Translations under genes and position numbers: made by a program | Assembly (NCBI GenBank): GCA_951406725.2 | Contig: OX597831.1 | Span: 34,720,001-34,784,000, forward strand | DNA: 64,000 nt | From: Octopus vulgaris | Lineage: Eukaryota | Reading direction: 5' to 3' | The notes under the pieces: generated by a model | Database searches by the model: none | What the model was told of the DNA's origin: nothing | What the model saw: the letters and a program-made list of their open reading frames with translations, nothing else | In this document: piece after piece, positions 1-14,049 of the stretch | Layout: every line of letters starts with the position of its first letter | Position numbering within the stretch: the first letter of the stretch is position 1

Positions 1-534
1 CTGCAGTGGAACAGGGACAATTTTTTCTATGAAGGCCTTTTTTCATCTATCCACTCATATAGTATCTTTACGACCATTAAGGTCTATAGTGAAAAATTTA
101 GACAAGCATGAAAGAAAATGGAAACGACCTGCATATGGTGCTGTTAATGGAAGTTTAACAACTTGTTGCACACAAAAATATGAGTCCAAGAAGTAAAGCT
201 TCCTTCAAGGCAGAGCTAGAAAATGCAATTGTCAAGTAGGTACGAGGTTTTAAACAGGAGTGATATATTTAAAATTGATAAAACTAAAAATTGTCAAGAA
301 TAAATTAAATTTATTGTTACTAAATATGCTAGCATTATGTAACTTCTGAACAGTTTTGCTGCCGTTTGTTTATGTAGTTTGATTTCTTTATCCATCAGTT
401 TCTACTAAGATAGAGATGCGAGTAAAATTAATATTAGGGAAATGAAAATAATACTTTGGAAACAACAATGCCACCATAACTTACATGGAAACCATGTGTG
501 CTTTCAAAGGGGATAACCAGAAAGTCAATGTAAG

Positions 535-762
535 ATCATAACACTTCATGTAAGGTAAATATAACAAATAATCCAGAATCCTTGTCCAGTCCCCAAATCG
601 ATCCTAAAATTTAATCAGTTCATGCCAGTCATGAGGCCAAACATCCCTGAAAGTTTCATCCAAATCCATCCAGAGGTTCTTGAGATATCTTGTCCACAGA
701 CAAATAAACAAACAAACACAACTGAAAACAATACCTCTGCCTTTGCTAAGGTGGAGGTTATA
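535..762 (-). mobile_element. Helentron/HINE-like non-autonomous element fragment
   Basis: Terminal hairpin acctctgcctt-tgct-aaggtggaggt (733-758), followed on the minus strand by gttttc, (gttt)n/gtct repeats and gatatctcaagaac..ggatggatttggatgaaacttt, which is the typical HINE layout. Confidence 0.55.
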
Positions 763-959
763 AGCCAAGGAAATGAACAGTTGTCTTTTGGTGAAAACCA
801 TTTCTTAAAGTTTGCAATTGTGGATTAGTTTGTATACCATAGGGAAACATACTTCTGATTCAAATTTTACAAGCATAGAACTAGATTAATAAAATCAATA
901 AAGCCAGTAAGTTAGTTATTGTGAACACCATCACCACCAAGATGAAGTTTCTAACAGAG

Positions 960-2935
960 GTACAAAGTTAAAATTTTAGTGGCAGGGAGGGCACAGTTAA
1001 TTATATCAACCCTGATACTTAACTGGCTCTTTAATTTGTTGACCCAGAAACGATTACAAAGATAAAGTTGGCTTTGGTGGCATGTGAATTTAGAACTTAA
1101 AGAGTTGTAGCCAAATATCATCCAATGCTCTAAGAGCCCACATCCTTTGATAATGACTTCAAACATAGAAGCAAGGCTTGAAATTCAGTGGTGGGAAGAG
1201 TATGGGGTTAACTGATTAAATCAATTCCAATATTTGATTGATATTTTATCAACTTTGGATGTATAAAATGCAAAGTTGACCATGGCAAGGTTTGAACCCA
1301 GAATGTAAGGAGTGGAAAGAAATATGGCAAGATATTTTATCTCATGCTCTGAAGATTATGCTAATCAAACGCCTTCCACAGAAATCCTTTCTATTACAGC
1401 TGATTACCTCGACCCCCGTTCTCAACTGGTACATATTTTATCAACCCAGAAAGGATGAAAAGCAAAGTCAACCATGACAGAATTTGAACTCAGAATGTAA
1501 AAATGAAAGAAATGCTGTTAGGCATTTTGTCTGGCATGGGGGTGGCTTTGCCAGCTCATTTCTAATATAGGTAAAAGGCCTTGGAAGGATGAAAGAAAAG
1601 CAAAGTTGACCATGGCAACCGATTTCAATTCAGAACATGAAGACCAGAAGGAATACTGCAAGGAATTCCCCCTGCCCCCATGCTCTAGCAATTCTGACAA
1701 TCCACGGTATGAAAATAATTGTTTCCAATTTAGACACAGGGCCAGCAATTTGTGGGAGGGTATTAGTTGATTGCACTGACTTATTACTATAATGGTATTT
1801 TATCACCACCAACAGGATGAAAGGTCACGCTGACCTCGGTGAAATTTGAACTGGGAATGTAAGGAGTCAGAGGACATGTTGGAAAGTGCTCTTTTCCTGC
1901 CACTCCTGCCAGCTCATCACGTTCAATAATGATAATTTCTTATTTAAGCACGAAGCTAGTAATTTGGGTGGTGGTGGGGTTAGATACCATCAACCCCAAT
2001 ATACACCTGGTCCTTTACTGACCCCAGAAGGTTGAAACTGAAAATGCAGAGTCTCTAAATAGCCTAATAATAATGGCTTCAAATTCTGGTACAAAGCCAG
2101 CAGCTTTTGAGGGTAGGCGTTAGTTTATTACATCAACCCCATTGCTCAACTGGTTCATATTTTATTAACACTGAAAGGATGAAAGGCAATGTCAGCATCA
2201 GCAAGAATCGAACTGAGAATGTGAAGAGCCAAAAGAAATGCCACTATGCATTTTTGTCCAACTCTCTAACAACTCTGCCAGTTTACTGCCTTCAGTAATG
2301 TTAATAATCCTTTAGGCTATAGGCACAAGACCTGAAATTTGGGAGAGTGTGGGGTTAAGTCGATTACATCGACCCCAGTGTTCAACTGGTCCTTATTCTA
2401 TTTACCACAAAAGAACCTGGGTGGAATTTGAACTCAGAATGTGAAGACAGATGGAAAGCTGCTAAGCAAGCTAATGATTCTACCAGGTTGCCCCTTTAAT
2501 AATAATATTTTCTATTGCAGGCACAAGTCCTTGGGAGTGGGAGGGGAGTACTAGTTGATTACGTCGACCCCCAGTGCTCAACTGGTACTTATTCTATTTA
2601 ACACAAAAGGATGAAAGGATAAGTCAACCTTGACAGAATTCAAACTCAGAAAATAAAGAGGGATGAAAATACCTCTAAGCATTTTGCTCAGTACGCTAAT
2701 GATTCTGACAATTCACCACCTTAATTATAATAATAATGGTAATAATAATAATAATAATCTTGTCTACTAAAGGCACAAGGCTCGAAATTTGGGGAGAGGG
2801 GACTAGTTGATTACATCAACCTCAGTGTTTCACTGGTACTTAATTTATCGAGCCTGAAACGATGATGGGCAAAGTCAACCTGGAAGGAATTTGAACTCAG
2901 AATGTAGCAAATGCCCAGCGTTCTAACAAATAACA
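960..2935 (-). mobile_element. Head-to-tail cluster of about 10 tRNA-derived SINEs (family A)
   Basis: The unit ggcacaagg..gtcgattacatcgaccccagtg.tcaactggtactta..gaaaggatgaaaggcaaagtc.acc..gaatttgaactcagaa..ctaagcattttg..gattctgccagct repeats, separated by (aat)n. All copies share one orientation; the best are ~2505-2722 and ~2757-2930. Confidence 0.85.
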
Positions 2936-5741
2936 ATAATAAGTAGCAGTAGTAGTAAACACACAAGTTACAAGACCTAATTATCTCATTCTCCTTATGG
3001 ATCCATCATCATGATAAACAAACTACTGGTAAAAATCTAATCATTAGTATGTATGAACACGTCTAAAGCATATCGAATGTTTCATGTAACCTTGCCATTT
3101 GTAAAATTGTTTTAAGTTTTAAAGCTAAATATCTGTTGTTGTTGTTCCCATCACCACCCCACCACACACCTGGAATAAAATGAAAATATAGTTATAATGT
3201 AAGTCTGTGAATACACACTATACTAACTTACCGATAAACCTTTGAACTCAATTAAAATAGACCCATTCAATTAAATCTAAATATGAAACATCACACAAAT
3301 ATCCACCCTCTAATCAAAGACCAGCAATGAGCTTGAAAACTAAAAATGCAATATTTTGAGAGAGAGAGAGAGAGAGAGAGAGATGGTGTGTGTGTGTGTG
3401 TGCGTGTGTGTAACTGATTTAACAATTCACAACGAGCATGATAATTACTCTTAATTAGACATGAAGATACACAATTAAGATATTGGTATATGGTAATGAC
3501 TACTACTACTACTACTATTATTATTTCTGAAGAGAAAGATATCCTTAGGATGTCGTATAATGTGAAACATTTATATAAAATTTTAGGAATAATCAGAATT
3601 AAAGAATAACAAGAGAAATATAGAGCAATGTAAGGTGGACAGGGGTGGGGAGAGACTGAAGAGTTTCTAAATGAAGCTGCTCAGTAGCAATAATAATGAT
3701 GACAGCAACAACAACAGCAACATTATTCTCAAGTACAGGAGAAACTTTTAATTAACCTTTTCAGTGCAACATACTGGCCATTCTGCGAAGCAGAGCTGGT
3801 TTAGTATGCAGCCATGTAAATGATCAGGATAACCAAGACAAACGTCCATACAAAATTAGATTCAAATTCAGCTTCCTTGGCCCAAATAACCTAATTTAGC
3901 ACTGGTGTATTTAACCACATTCTTTCTTGTCTGAAGTGACTACGAAACTGTAGAAACTGAAGTGCTATAAAAGTATGTCAGCTAATGGTTTTCATTCAAT
4001 TCAGAACAGATTGGCATTACAATATTAGTTAATAAAAGAGTCATCATCACCACAATTTTTAGTGTTCATTTTCCTATACATAGGTTGAATGGAATTCATT
4101 GAGACATATTTTTCTGTAGTCAAAAGACCTTCCTGTCACAAACCCTCACCTGTTTTTCAAGCAAGGTAATATTTTCCAATGGCCAGGTAGATTAGAAACA
4201 AATGACACCACTTGTATGATGGTGACATTCGTTTACAACAATGATGTGATGTGAAGAGATGGGGACAGTAGCACACACATACACACACACACACACACAC
4301 GATGGGCTTCTTTTATTTTCTGTCTACTGAATCCACACATACGGCTTTGGTCAGTCCAAAGCTATAGAAGAAACTTGTCCAAGGTGTTGCACAGTGAGAC
4401 TGAACCTGAAACCATATGGTTACAACACAAACTTCTTAACTACACAGACGTGCTTGTGTTACATAGTATTTTCTAGAAAAGGAAAATACATCAGATGTCG
4501 TTTTTAACATCAGACAAGTTCTACAAAATTTAGATATTTGCAATTTGTTGGACACATGCATGGCTGTTAATGTCATAGGTTTTGTGAGTGGAATTTGATG
4601 GACAGAAGCTGTGTGAAAGTTCATGATGTGTTTGTGTGTGCTGGGGTAAATTGTTTGTAGGTGATTTCAATCACTTGATAAAGAGATTGATAAAAAGAAA
4701 ACCAAACAAATCATTGGGGTTGATATAACTAATTAAAACCTTGGAAGGTGGTGCTCTAGCATAGCCATAGATGAGAAACGAAAAACAAATTATAGTCGGA
4801 TCAGACAATATTCAGAGCTGAATGTCTCTTTCATAATTCACACACCACTAACTATACAAGTGGGCCTCAATTTAACACAAACTAATAAAACCAAAGAACA
4901 CTGAAGTATAGTAGCATAGTCCATGACTGGATGCTTGCCCTGAAGCGAAGAGAGTGTTGCCACTTGAAGCTGACAGCAGTGAAAAGGATATTAACCCATC
5001 TGAAAAGTATCATGGTTCTCAGATACAAACCTCCTGTTTTAAAGAGGTCAAGATTTAAAGTTTTCCATTAAAATTGCATGTTAATTTATGTTCAGAGCAT
5101 CAGCTTATTAATGACAGTTATTTTACAAAATGTCTTCATTATTTTTAGCTTTAATTGAAACAAAGCCAGCATATTTTAACAAAACTGTGGTAATGAGAGT
5201 TAAGAAGAGAGGGGGGAAAAAAAGAGAAAGATCACAATGGCAAGCACTTAGATGTCGAGAATGATTGTCTAAGAAGATTTAATTTCTGTGGATCCATGTG
5301 TGACTAAGTACAAATTTGTTGCCTCATGAGAGAAGTGCACTGTTTACCATCTTACACTACTTTCTGGTCACATTTATTGCAGAGGTATATTGTGTACGTG
5401 TGTGTATTTTACACACACACACACACACATTTATATATATATATTACATAAAGACAAAAATGAATATTTAAAAACTTGTTACATAAACTAGTAGCTGTTT
5501 CACTGTAGGTCAGTCCTGATAGAGTAGAAGTAGGGTCAAAGGCATTATAAACATGACATTCTGTCTTACTGTCAAACTTAGCATGCAGAAGACTACATCA
5601 CCTAATGTGTTTCTTCCCACCAGCTTTTAGATTATGAATTGCAGCAGATTTTGCTGCTGTTTCTTGTAGTTCCAGCAACCACACAAATGTCAATATTTTG
5701 AGTATAGATATAACAATTATATTATAATTGTAAAATTGTAG

Positions 5742-6068
5742 GTGTGATACCAGTGCCGGTGCACGTAAGAGAACCATCCGAACGTGGCCGTTGCCAGTGC
5801 TGCCCCGACTCGCCTCCGTGCTGGTGGCACATAAAAAGCACCATCCGATCGTGACCGTTTGTCAGCCTCGTCTGGCACCTGTGCCGGTGGCACGTAAAAA
5901 TCACCCACTACACTCTCGGAGTGGTTGGCGTTAGGAAGAGCAACCAGCTGTAGAAACATTGCCAAATCAGACTGGGCCTGGTGCAGCCTTCTGGCTTCCC
6001 AGACCCCAGTTGAACCATCCAACCCATGCTAGCATGGAAAGCAGACGCTAAACGATGATGATGATGAT
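5742..6068 (+). mobile_element. RTE-type LINE 3' UTR/tail with internal tandem units
   Basis: ggtggcacgtaaaaa..cactacactctcggagtggttggcgttaggaag.gca.ccagctgtagaaac...catgctagcatggaaagc.gacg.taaac(gat)n. Three gcacgtaa-like units at 5761, 5826 and 5889. Confidence 0.8.
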
Positions 6069-7992
6069 TATCAACCAGGAGGAAATTTCATGTATTTCTT
6101 CCAATTCTACTCAAGGAGGTCGTAATTTCAGCTGTTACAGGATACAGCTTCTATGTTTACATTCACTGAACAACCACATATAAGTGAAAGCTAACTTGTG
6201 AAAAATTCCTACTTCACACAAAATGACCACTAGGTTACCATACCATTTCATATTGGTGACAGAGATAAAAGGGTATGAGATCAGTTGGATGTTTAACAGG
6301 TTTCTCTTGGAAAGAGCTATAGTGGTTTGTTCATCTATAAAGCATGAGTAAGTAAAGACAGATAAAGTATTTCTTGGTAAAAAAAAAAAAAAAAAATCTA
6401 AAACCATAGACTTCTCAAGTTGAGCTACTAAACATACTAAATAAATGTAATAGATTAAATGACAATATAATGTATTGGTCATGGGGATTTTTGATAATTG
6501 TTAAAGCAATTGAAAAAATATAAAATTTCTTAGTACTCCATGAAAAGAGGCTTGTTACTAGAAAGGTTACACATTTATGTGTGTATACTGAGAAAAAATA
6601 TTAATAGAAGAAAACGGGGTCAAAGGTGGCAGTATCATTACAAATGGGTGTTAAAACGATACAAAAAAGAGCCAGTAATAAACCCAACAGATCTTTGAAG
6701 AAAAAACAGCACATGTGGTAGACTTGTGACATCCAACAACTAATGATTACACTTCATTGCTTATAGTTAAGGAACACTTACATATACATCTAATAGCCAA
6801 TCGGTTAAGTTAGTGTACAGGTTATGCATGGCTATGTTTAAAATGATTATCTATTTGAAAATATTACGGTTTAAAACTCGAGAGTTACATTGCTGATGTA
6901 TTCTAATAGTAAATCACAAATCTTTGGGAGATATAGATAAAATGAAAGTATAGATGCAAAACAGGGACATCTTGTTCACTATGCAAAAATTATAACTTAC
7001 ATCGAAAAGAGTTTTAGAGACAAAAGAATGGAGGTTGTAATATATTTGAGTGAGCATCATATTCAAAATAAATGTAATCAACATAAAAAACAGTGTATGA
7101 GGGTGTGTATATGCGCATATACATGTGTGTATACACACAGACACACACACACACACACATATATTTAAGTCACAATATATGGATTCAAATAAAACTCCAT
7201 GTATTATTCTGCAAAACATAGAATATATAGTATGATACGAGAGATAAATAATTTGCATTAATTTGCAATATAAACTATTTACATGTTTTTAAGTTATGAA
7301 ACAATTTGTTGTGATATATGAATTTTCTTATTGTTAAAATTTCAGAAAACTACCTCTCGGTCATTTATGACTTTATGTGTGTGTGTGTGTGAGTGAGTGA
7401 GTGTGCATGTGCATCTACATATGTGTGTATAGAGAGAGAAATGGATGTATAGACAAGTGAGAAGAAGAAAGCATTCAATACAAAAATAGAGTGCTATGCA
7501 TCATAGTTTTAGAATAGACAGTGTGCTCTTCAAAAGCAGTATTTAGAAGGGTTGGCAACAGGAAGGGCATCCATCCACAGAGCACTGTTTTGGAGAATCC
7601 ATCAAACCTATGCCACCATGAGAAAACAGCTGTAAAACAGTCACACACACACACACACATGCACACACACACACATTATTAACCACCATGTGAAAATGGT
7701 TACTGCTGGATAAGTTTTATACACATACACGAACATAAACCAATAATAACCACCTTCATATGGTAGTTAATTTATAGCAAGGAATTAGAAGCTGTAGCAT
7801 AATAATTAAACTTTTCTCAGGAATTACAAAACTGCTTCAGACAAATACCAGCACAACATAAGGAAACAACTTGACAGTTTCTAATGACATGTCTTTCTCA
7901 AAGATTATATCTGTTTCAAGTGGTTCTTCTCAGATATGTGGATGAGTAAATTCTATCTTAGAATATGTGTGTGTGTGTGTCTGTGAGTGAGT

Positions 7993-8037
<45 letters not shown>

Positions 8038-8102
8038 GGGTAGAGGGTATGAGAAAGTGAGATAAGATGGAAAGGAAACCAAATTTAAAAGGGACTGCAG
8101 TC

Positions 8103-8149
<47 letters not shown>

Positions 8150-9786
8150 CACAGCAATTTCACAGAGTCAATTTACTACTAAGATTCTATTTGACAAATG
8201 CTGCCATATGCCTAGGGTGACAAAAGAAGTTTTACTGAGAAACTTCATCTGGTTCATTTATCAATGAAATCTGGCTCTCTTACTATGGTTTTAAAACGAT
8301 GGGTGGGGTGGGGAGTAGCATGCCTTGCAAAAAAGATATTACCATTGTTAAAACAATGACCAAATGTTAAAGTGAAGCCAAATTACATGTCAGAGATGTG
8401 GAATCTTGGAATCAGCTCTCTTCTGCCTCCTCAAGGATAGCCAATAACCAGAAGGACTGGGGGGAGGGGATCAAATACCTCTTTCCATGTCTTTATATTT
8501 TAGAAATTTTCTCCTCTCTCCATGAAGGGGAGGCACAGACAAATGCTATCAAAATTAATTTCCATTATTATTATTATTTGCTTTACATTACATATATACC
8601 GATATCAATGAGAGGTCTGAAACTAAAGAATGAGCCTCTACATCTTTGGCTGCTAGATATAGCAGCCAAAAAAAATCCTTCAATACACACAACCATTTAG
8701 AAATAAACTAAACATTGGAGAGTATAGGGCATCATCACCGTCATTATAGTAGCTTTTACATGCTTGCATGGGTCATACAGAATTCATTGATATAGATTTC
8801 CTATAGCCAGATGCTCCTCCTATTACTAACCCTCACTTTTTGCCAAGCTAGTTAATATTTCACAATGAAATGACAAGCTTTCATGTAAGATTGGAAATAA
8901 ATGCAATTATACAATGGTAACACTCATTTACAACTATCATACAATATCACAATAAGGCACACACACACAATGTGCTTCTTTCAGTTTCTGTTACCAAAAG
9001 CACTCCAGGATTTAGCTGGTCCAGAATGAGAGTAGGCACTTGCCCAAGGTGCTGCACAATGGGGAGCAAGCTTCTTAACCACACAGCCATGCTTGCACCT
9101 ATTGTATAATAAAAATAGCACATAGGCATTTGATAGTTTCTACCTAACAACTCCACTTGCAAGGTTTTGGTCCATGCAGGGCTTATAGTAGAAGACAGAT
9201 GCTCAATGTGCCAGAGTGGGAATGGGATTGAACCTACATAGTTAGGAAGCTTCTTAACGACACAGCTGTCTCTACTATACAAAATGAATGGTTACAAGTA
9301 AAACACATTTGATCATAGGATTGGTCAATCAGGGTTATCTTAGGGTTAAAAAACAACTTTCCATACACAAACAGAGGCAATTCTTCAGAAGCAACAGCCC
9401 ATCCAACAGGCAAACATTACACCATTGCAGGATTCTTTTGCCGGAGATCCTACCACTTAATATTTTTTTTTTTACTCAAGGCACAAGGCCCAAAATTTTT
9501 GGGAAAGGGGCCATTCAATTAGATCAACTCCAGTACGCAACTGGTACTTAATTTATCGACCCCTGAAAGAATGAAAATGAAAGTCAACCTAGACTACCAC
9601 TTAATGTTAATTTACCTATCATTGAGACCTAAGAGAGATTTACAAATAGATTCTGTAGAATTAAGTCCAAATCTGTGAAAATAAAAAAGAGGCTGCTGCA
9701 TTGCTTTCATTCCCTTGTCGGTACTTTTAATAATAGTTCTAATTTTGGTACTGGGTCAGCAATTTTGATGGGGTAGAGTTGATTAA

Positions 9787-10014
9787 CCCATTAGTGCCCA
9801 CATTTATTTTTATTTAATTTATTACCAAATATCTTTTTTTTTTTTAATACAACTTTACCCAAAACTAAATATATAAAAAAGTTTTATTACAATATCTGAA
9901 AGACACTCCAGTCTTGATGACTAACTAAAGATATCTCAGAAAAATACAGATGTTGCAGAAATATGATGGATTATCCTTCTGGTCCTAAAAAAAAGGACCA
10001 TGGGCACTAATGGG
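9787..10014. mobile_element. piggyBac-type MITE
   Basis: TTAA at 9783-86 and 10015-18, with perfect 14-bp TIRs cccattagtgccca / tgggcactaatggg. It interrupts a family A SINE. Confidence 0.85.
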
Positions 10015-13000
10015 TTAAGTTGTACTTTATTTATCAACCCTGAAAGAATAAAAAGCAAAGTTGATCTTGGTAGGATTGGAGCTCAGAATGTTAAGAACTA
10101 GAAGAAATGTCACTAAGCATTTTGACTAATGATTCTGCCAGCTTGCAGTCTTGTTCCTTTTAATAATAATGCCACAATATATTGTTCACTATTCTTGCCA
10201 GAGGTTGTCAATAATGTGATAATAGATAGATTTTGCAGCAAATTTTTGCAAGATTTCTCGGTCATTTCATGCAAATTCTGCTAGCAAAGTTATAAAGTGA
10301 TCAAGAAAGAACAAGGGGTTAAATTATAAACTTTAGAAACCACTAGAATATTTCCATACAAACCTCCGTCAATCTATCATTTGCCAACTTCTCAGCACTT
10401 TGATAGATCAAGGACACTCCAAGAATGTGACAAAAATTTAGACTGCAGAGTGACAGCTGAACTGCAGACATTTGCATACATTTAAATATATGCGGGGAGT
10501 GAGAGAGAGAGATTTAAGTATGAAACAATATTAATGACAGATTCAAACTGGATGACTAAAATAAATGGTGTTAATATGATTTGTGACAGTGACAAAGAAC
10601 ACACTTAGCTTTATGGCAAATATCGAGTTTCCTCTGATTCGACACTTCCTTATAAGTATGTAAATTATTGAACATTGAAGTGATGTAACGTTATAAATCG
10701 TATTGTGACATGGAATGGCCACATAAGCAAACACACACATTGTGCATGTGTGTCTGTGTGCCTGCACATTCTGACAAATAATTCAACAACAGTATTTTAC
10801 TGTTATTGATAGTTACTTCCATCCCAAAAGAATAAATGGCTATTAAATAAAAATATCTGAACCCTAGCAAGATTTGAACTTGAAAAGGCAAAACATGAGA
10901 AACAGAGAGAGGGACAGACAGAGGCAGACAAACAAGCAGAGAGAGAGAGAGAGAGAGAGAGCATACTATAATAAATAAATTAGTAAATTATGCAAATGAG
11001 AAATTTAAATATTGTACAGAGAACAAAAGAGGAATAGATAAAAATTAGGGTCATAGAAAAGATGGAGATTAATATATAAGAAAGAAAGAAATGACCTCTT
11101 CCACGCACCCCTCCCAACACACACACACACTAAAGAGATGCTTTTGTTTCAGATTCCATGCATTTTTATTCATCAGGTTGTCTGCCCACATTTTCCCAAC
11201 AGAAAATGGGAAATTAAGAAGAAATCTACAAAAAGCTATCCAAAATTTGTTGATCAACCCAGATTTTGTTCATTTTTTTTTTCCTCACACACACACACAC
11301 AAAAAAAAAAAAAAATTGTGTTTTTCGATGAAATTATCAAAACTTTTTTCAAAAATTTCACCACCTAGGGATTTCACAGTAATGTAGTAGAAAGTTATAA
11401 AGCTATCCAAAATTTCTCGATGAAATCAAGACGAGAGGTCGATGTATTGAAATCGATTCAATAGTAAAAAAAGAAAAGAAATGCTACTCATTGTTTTATT
11501 CCTCACAATGGGACCCAGTTTTGTTTTACTTGTAAAAAGGATTTGAAAAGATAATTAAAATTAATGCTGCCACTTTCTATACAGAAAGATCAAAAACGAG
11601 AAACAAAAGAACAGAAAAAAAAAAAATAAAAAAGAGCAGTTTAACAGGTGAAAGTGATGGTGGTGATGGTGATGATGCCGACAGAAACAGAAATGGGTTG
11701 TTTCTCATGCAGAGAGAAATTAGATGCAACAATGACCCGACAGATAAGAGATTGGCAGAGATTAAAGATGTGTAAGAATGCGACCTCTATTTTCATTGAA
11801 GTTATTGCTAAAATCGAAACATCTTAAAAGAAAATAATTATATATATATAAAAAAAAAAGCTGTTTCGTTAATAACAACAACAATGATAATACTAATAAT
11901 AATAATAATAATTGAGAAATGAAAGACGAGAGAATTTCCAATCGTTAATGATTATTATCTTTCTAATAGTATTTTTACAGAGATATCTTTGGTTAATGCA
12001 GAAGGTCAATGTTATTTTAACGGGACAGCAGAATACACAATTAAAAAAAAAAAAAAAAAAAATCAATCATACTCTATTAGGTACTTAATTATAATATATT
12101 GGATATTATAAGTGACCAAGTTGTTATAGATAGGAAACTTGATATTTCCCAGTGATAAACTGTCAGTCTGTCTGTCGTTTTTTTTTTTTTTTTCTCTCCA
12201 AATAAATAAAATATATACAAATTATATGCTATAAACGGAAATATTATAGAAGCTATCAAAATTTTTCAAGCTATTAGCTTCCATCCAGAAAGGCTACAAA
12301 CACAAATGCATTTCATGCTTACATTTCATATCTGCAACACATAAATTGTATATCCATGAAAATATACCAAGGTTTTTAACTAAACAAAGCCTATACAGTA
12401 ACAAGGCTTCAGTAAACAGATTATCACAGGTTTCTGGAGTGAATCACAGGTGAATCATTAATGCTACAATTCTTCAACCTAGTATTTCCTACACTTAAAT
12501 ATCGAGCTCTGAACGGAATGTGTACAACAGAATAAGAGGAAAAGAATTATAAATTATCACAGATAGACATTCTCTCCATGATGGGAGAAAAGATCTTGCA
12601 CAAGTTGAAACATAATTCTCACCTGACATCATAAAGTAAACAAAATTGCTAAAATAAATCATTTATATGTCATAACTTTCCTATACCCACCACCAACATC
12701 ATCACTTACTGTCCATCTTTCCATACTTGCATGGTTGAGACAGAATTTGTTGGTGCAGTTTTTCTATGGCCAGACACCCTTCCCTGTTGCCAACCCTCAT
12801 CTGGTTATATTTCCCATGCCCAGACATTTTCCTTTTTTTTGGGGTCACAGAAGACTGGAAATGAATGACATTGCTTGTACAATGGTGCTGCTTGTATACA
12901 AGCATCACAAGATCACACACACACACAAAGGCTTCTTTCACTTTCCATCTACCAAATCCACTCACAAAGCTTTGGTCAGCCTGGAACAATAGAAGACACA

Positions 13001-14018
13001 TAGCAAGATTGAACCTGAGAAGGTTGTTGGGAAGCAAGCATCTTAAACATTGCCTTGCCAGCACCTGTTGCACTTTAAGACAATAAAAAATTACACAAAG
13101 ACAATAATGAAAACAAATTCAAATATGAGAGAGAGAGAGAGAGAGAGTGTGTGTGTGTGTAACTAATGTGCATGTACTAACATCCTCCCACCCACAGTGA
13201 TACACTTTTATGCTGTACAGAGAATATCAAAAGTAATTAAGTGAAATCCATTGCATACTAAGTACCAAAGACTAGTGTTTGGCAAAATATATTCTTTTAA
13301 GTTATATAGTCAGTAGACCGTGGCCATGTTTGGGTCACACAGATTAATTCATCTAATGCCTACTTGAGACAGCATTTCACAGGCAGCTGCTATTCCTATT
13401 ACCAATCTACACCCATTTCCTAAGGGATTTAAGTCCTTGAAAGAGCATGGTGGCCATTAAAAATTTTTTTAACCATAAAACACATTATTACTAATATGTA
13501 AAAAAAATAAAAGTAAAAGGCACATATGTATAGCATGCTTCTTGTTGTTTAGGAATAGGTCAAACAGGTGATCAAAGACATCCCAGCCTTGACCATCCCA
13601 TCTTTGTACAAGGTCAATATTATCTAATGTGTACTTCCCATATTTTTAAAATGATGCTGTATGATAAGAGGGAGGTATAGCTGCTATTTTTAGTAGTTCG
13701 AGTGGGTACATAGAAACCCTTTCAACTTAAGTTATGAAGTTAGAGATTGATTGCAGGGATGCAGAGTACTGATTCCAATTGAGTACATGAGTGGGGTTCA
13801 TTTTACCATTGCTACTCTCTAGAATTGAACTTAAAAACAATAAACTGGGTAGAAACAAAGAATGTAACTAGGCTCATCAGCTATGCCGATATAAAGGCCT
13901 GACCATGATTAATGAATCACATACAAAAAGAACAAGCCAGGATTGCTTACGATCTAACAATACATGAGAAAAGAGGATTGATTTGAGAAAATAGAAAAAA
14001 AATGGAAGACAGGAAGTA

Positions 14019-14049
<31 letters not shown>

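Noticed and set aside
11215-11270. Minus-strand KIWVDQQILDSFL resembling WAVE's DQQ motif
   Set aside because: A stop codon follows shortly, and there is no VSLQDI context or suitable acceptor.
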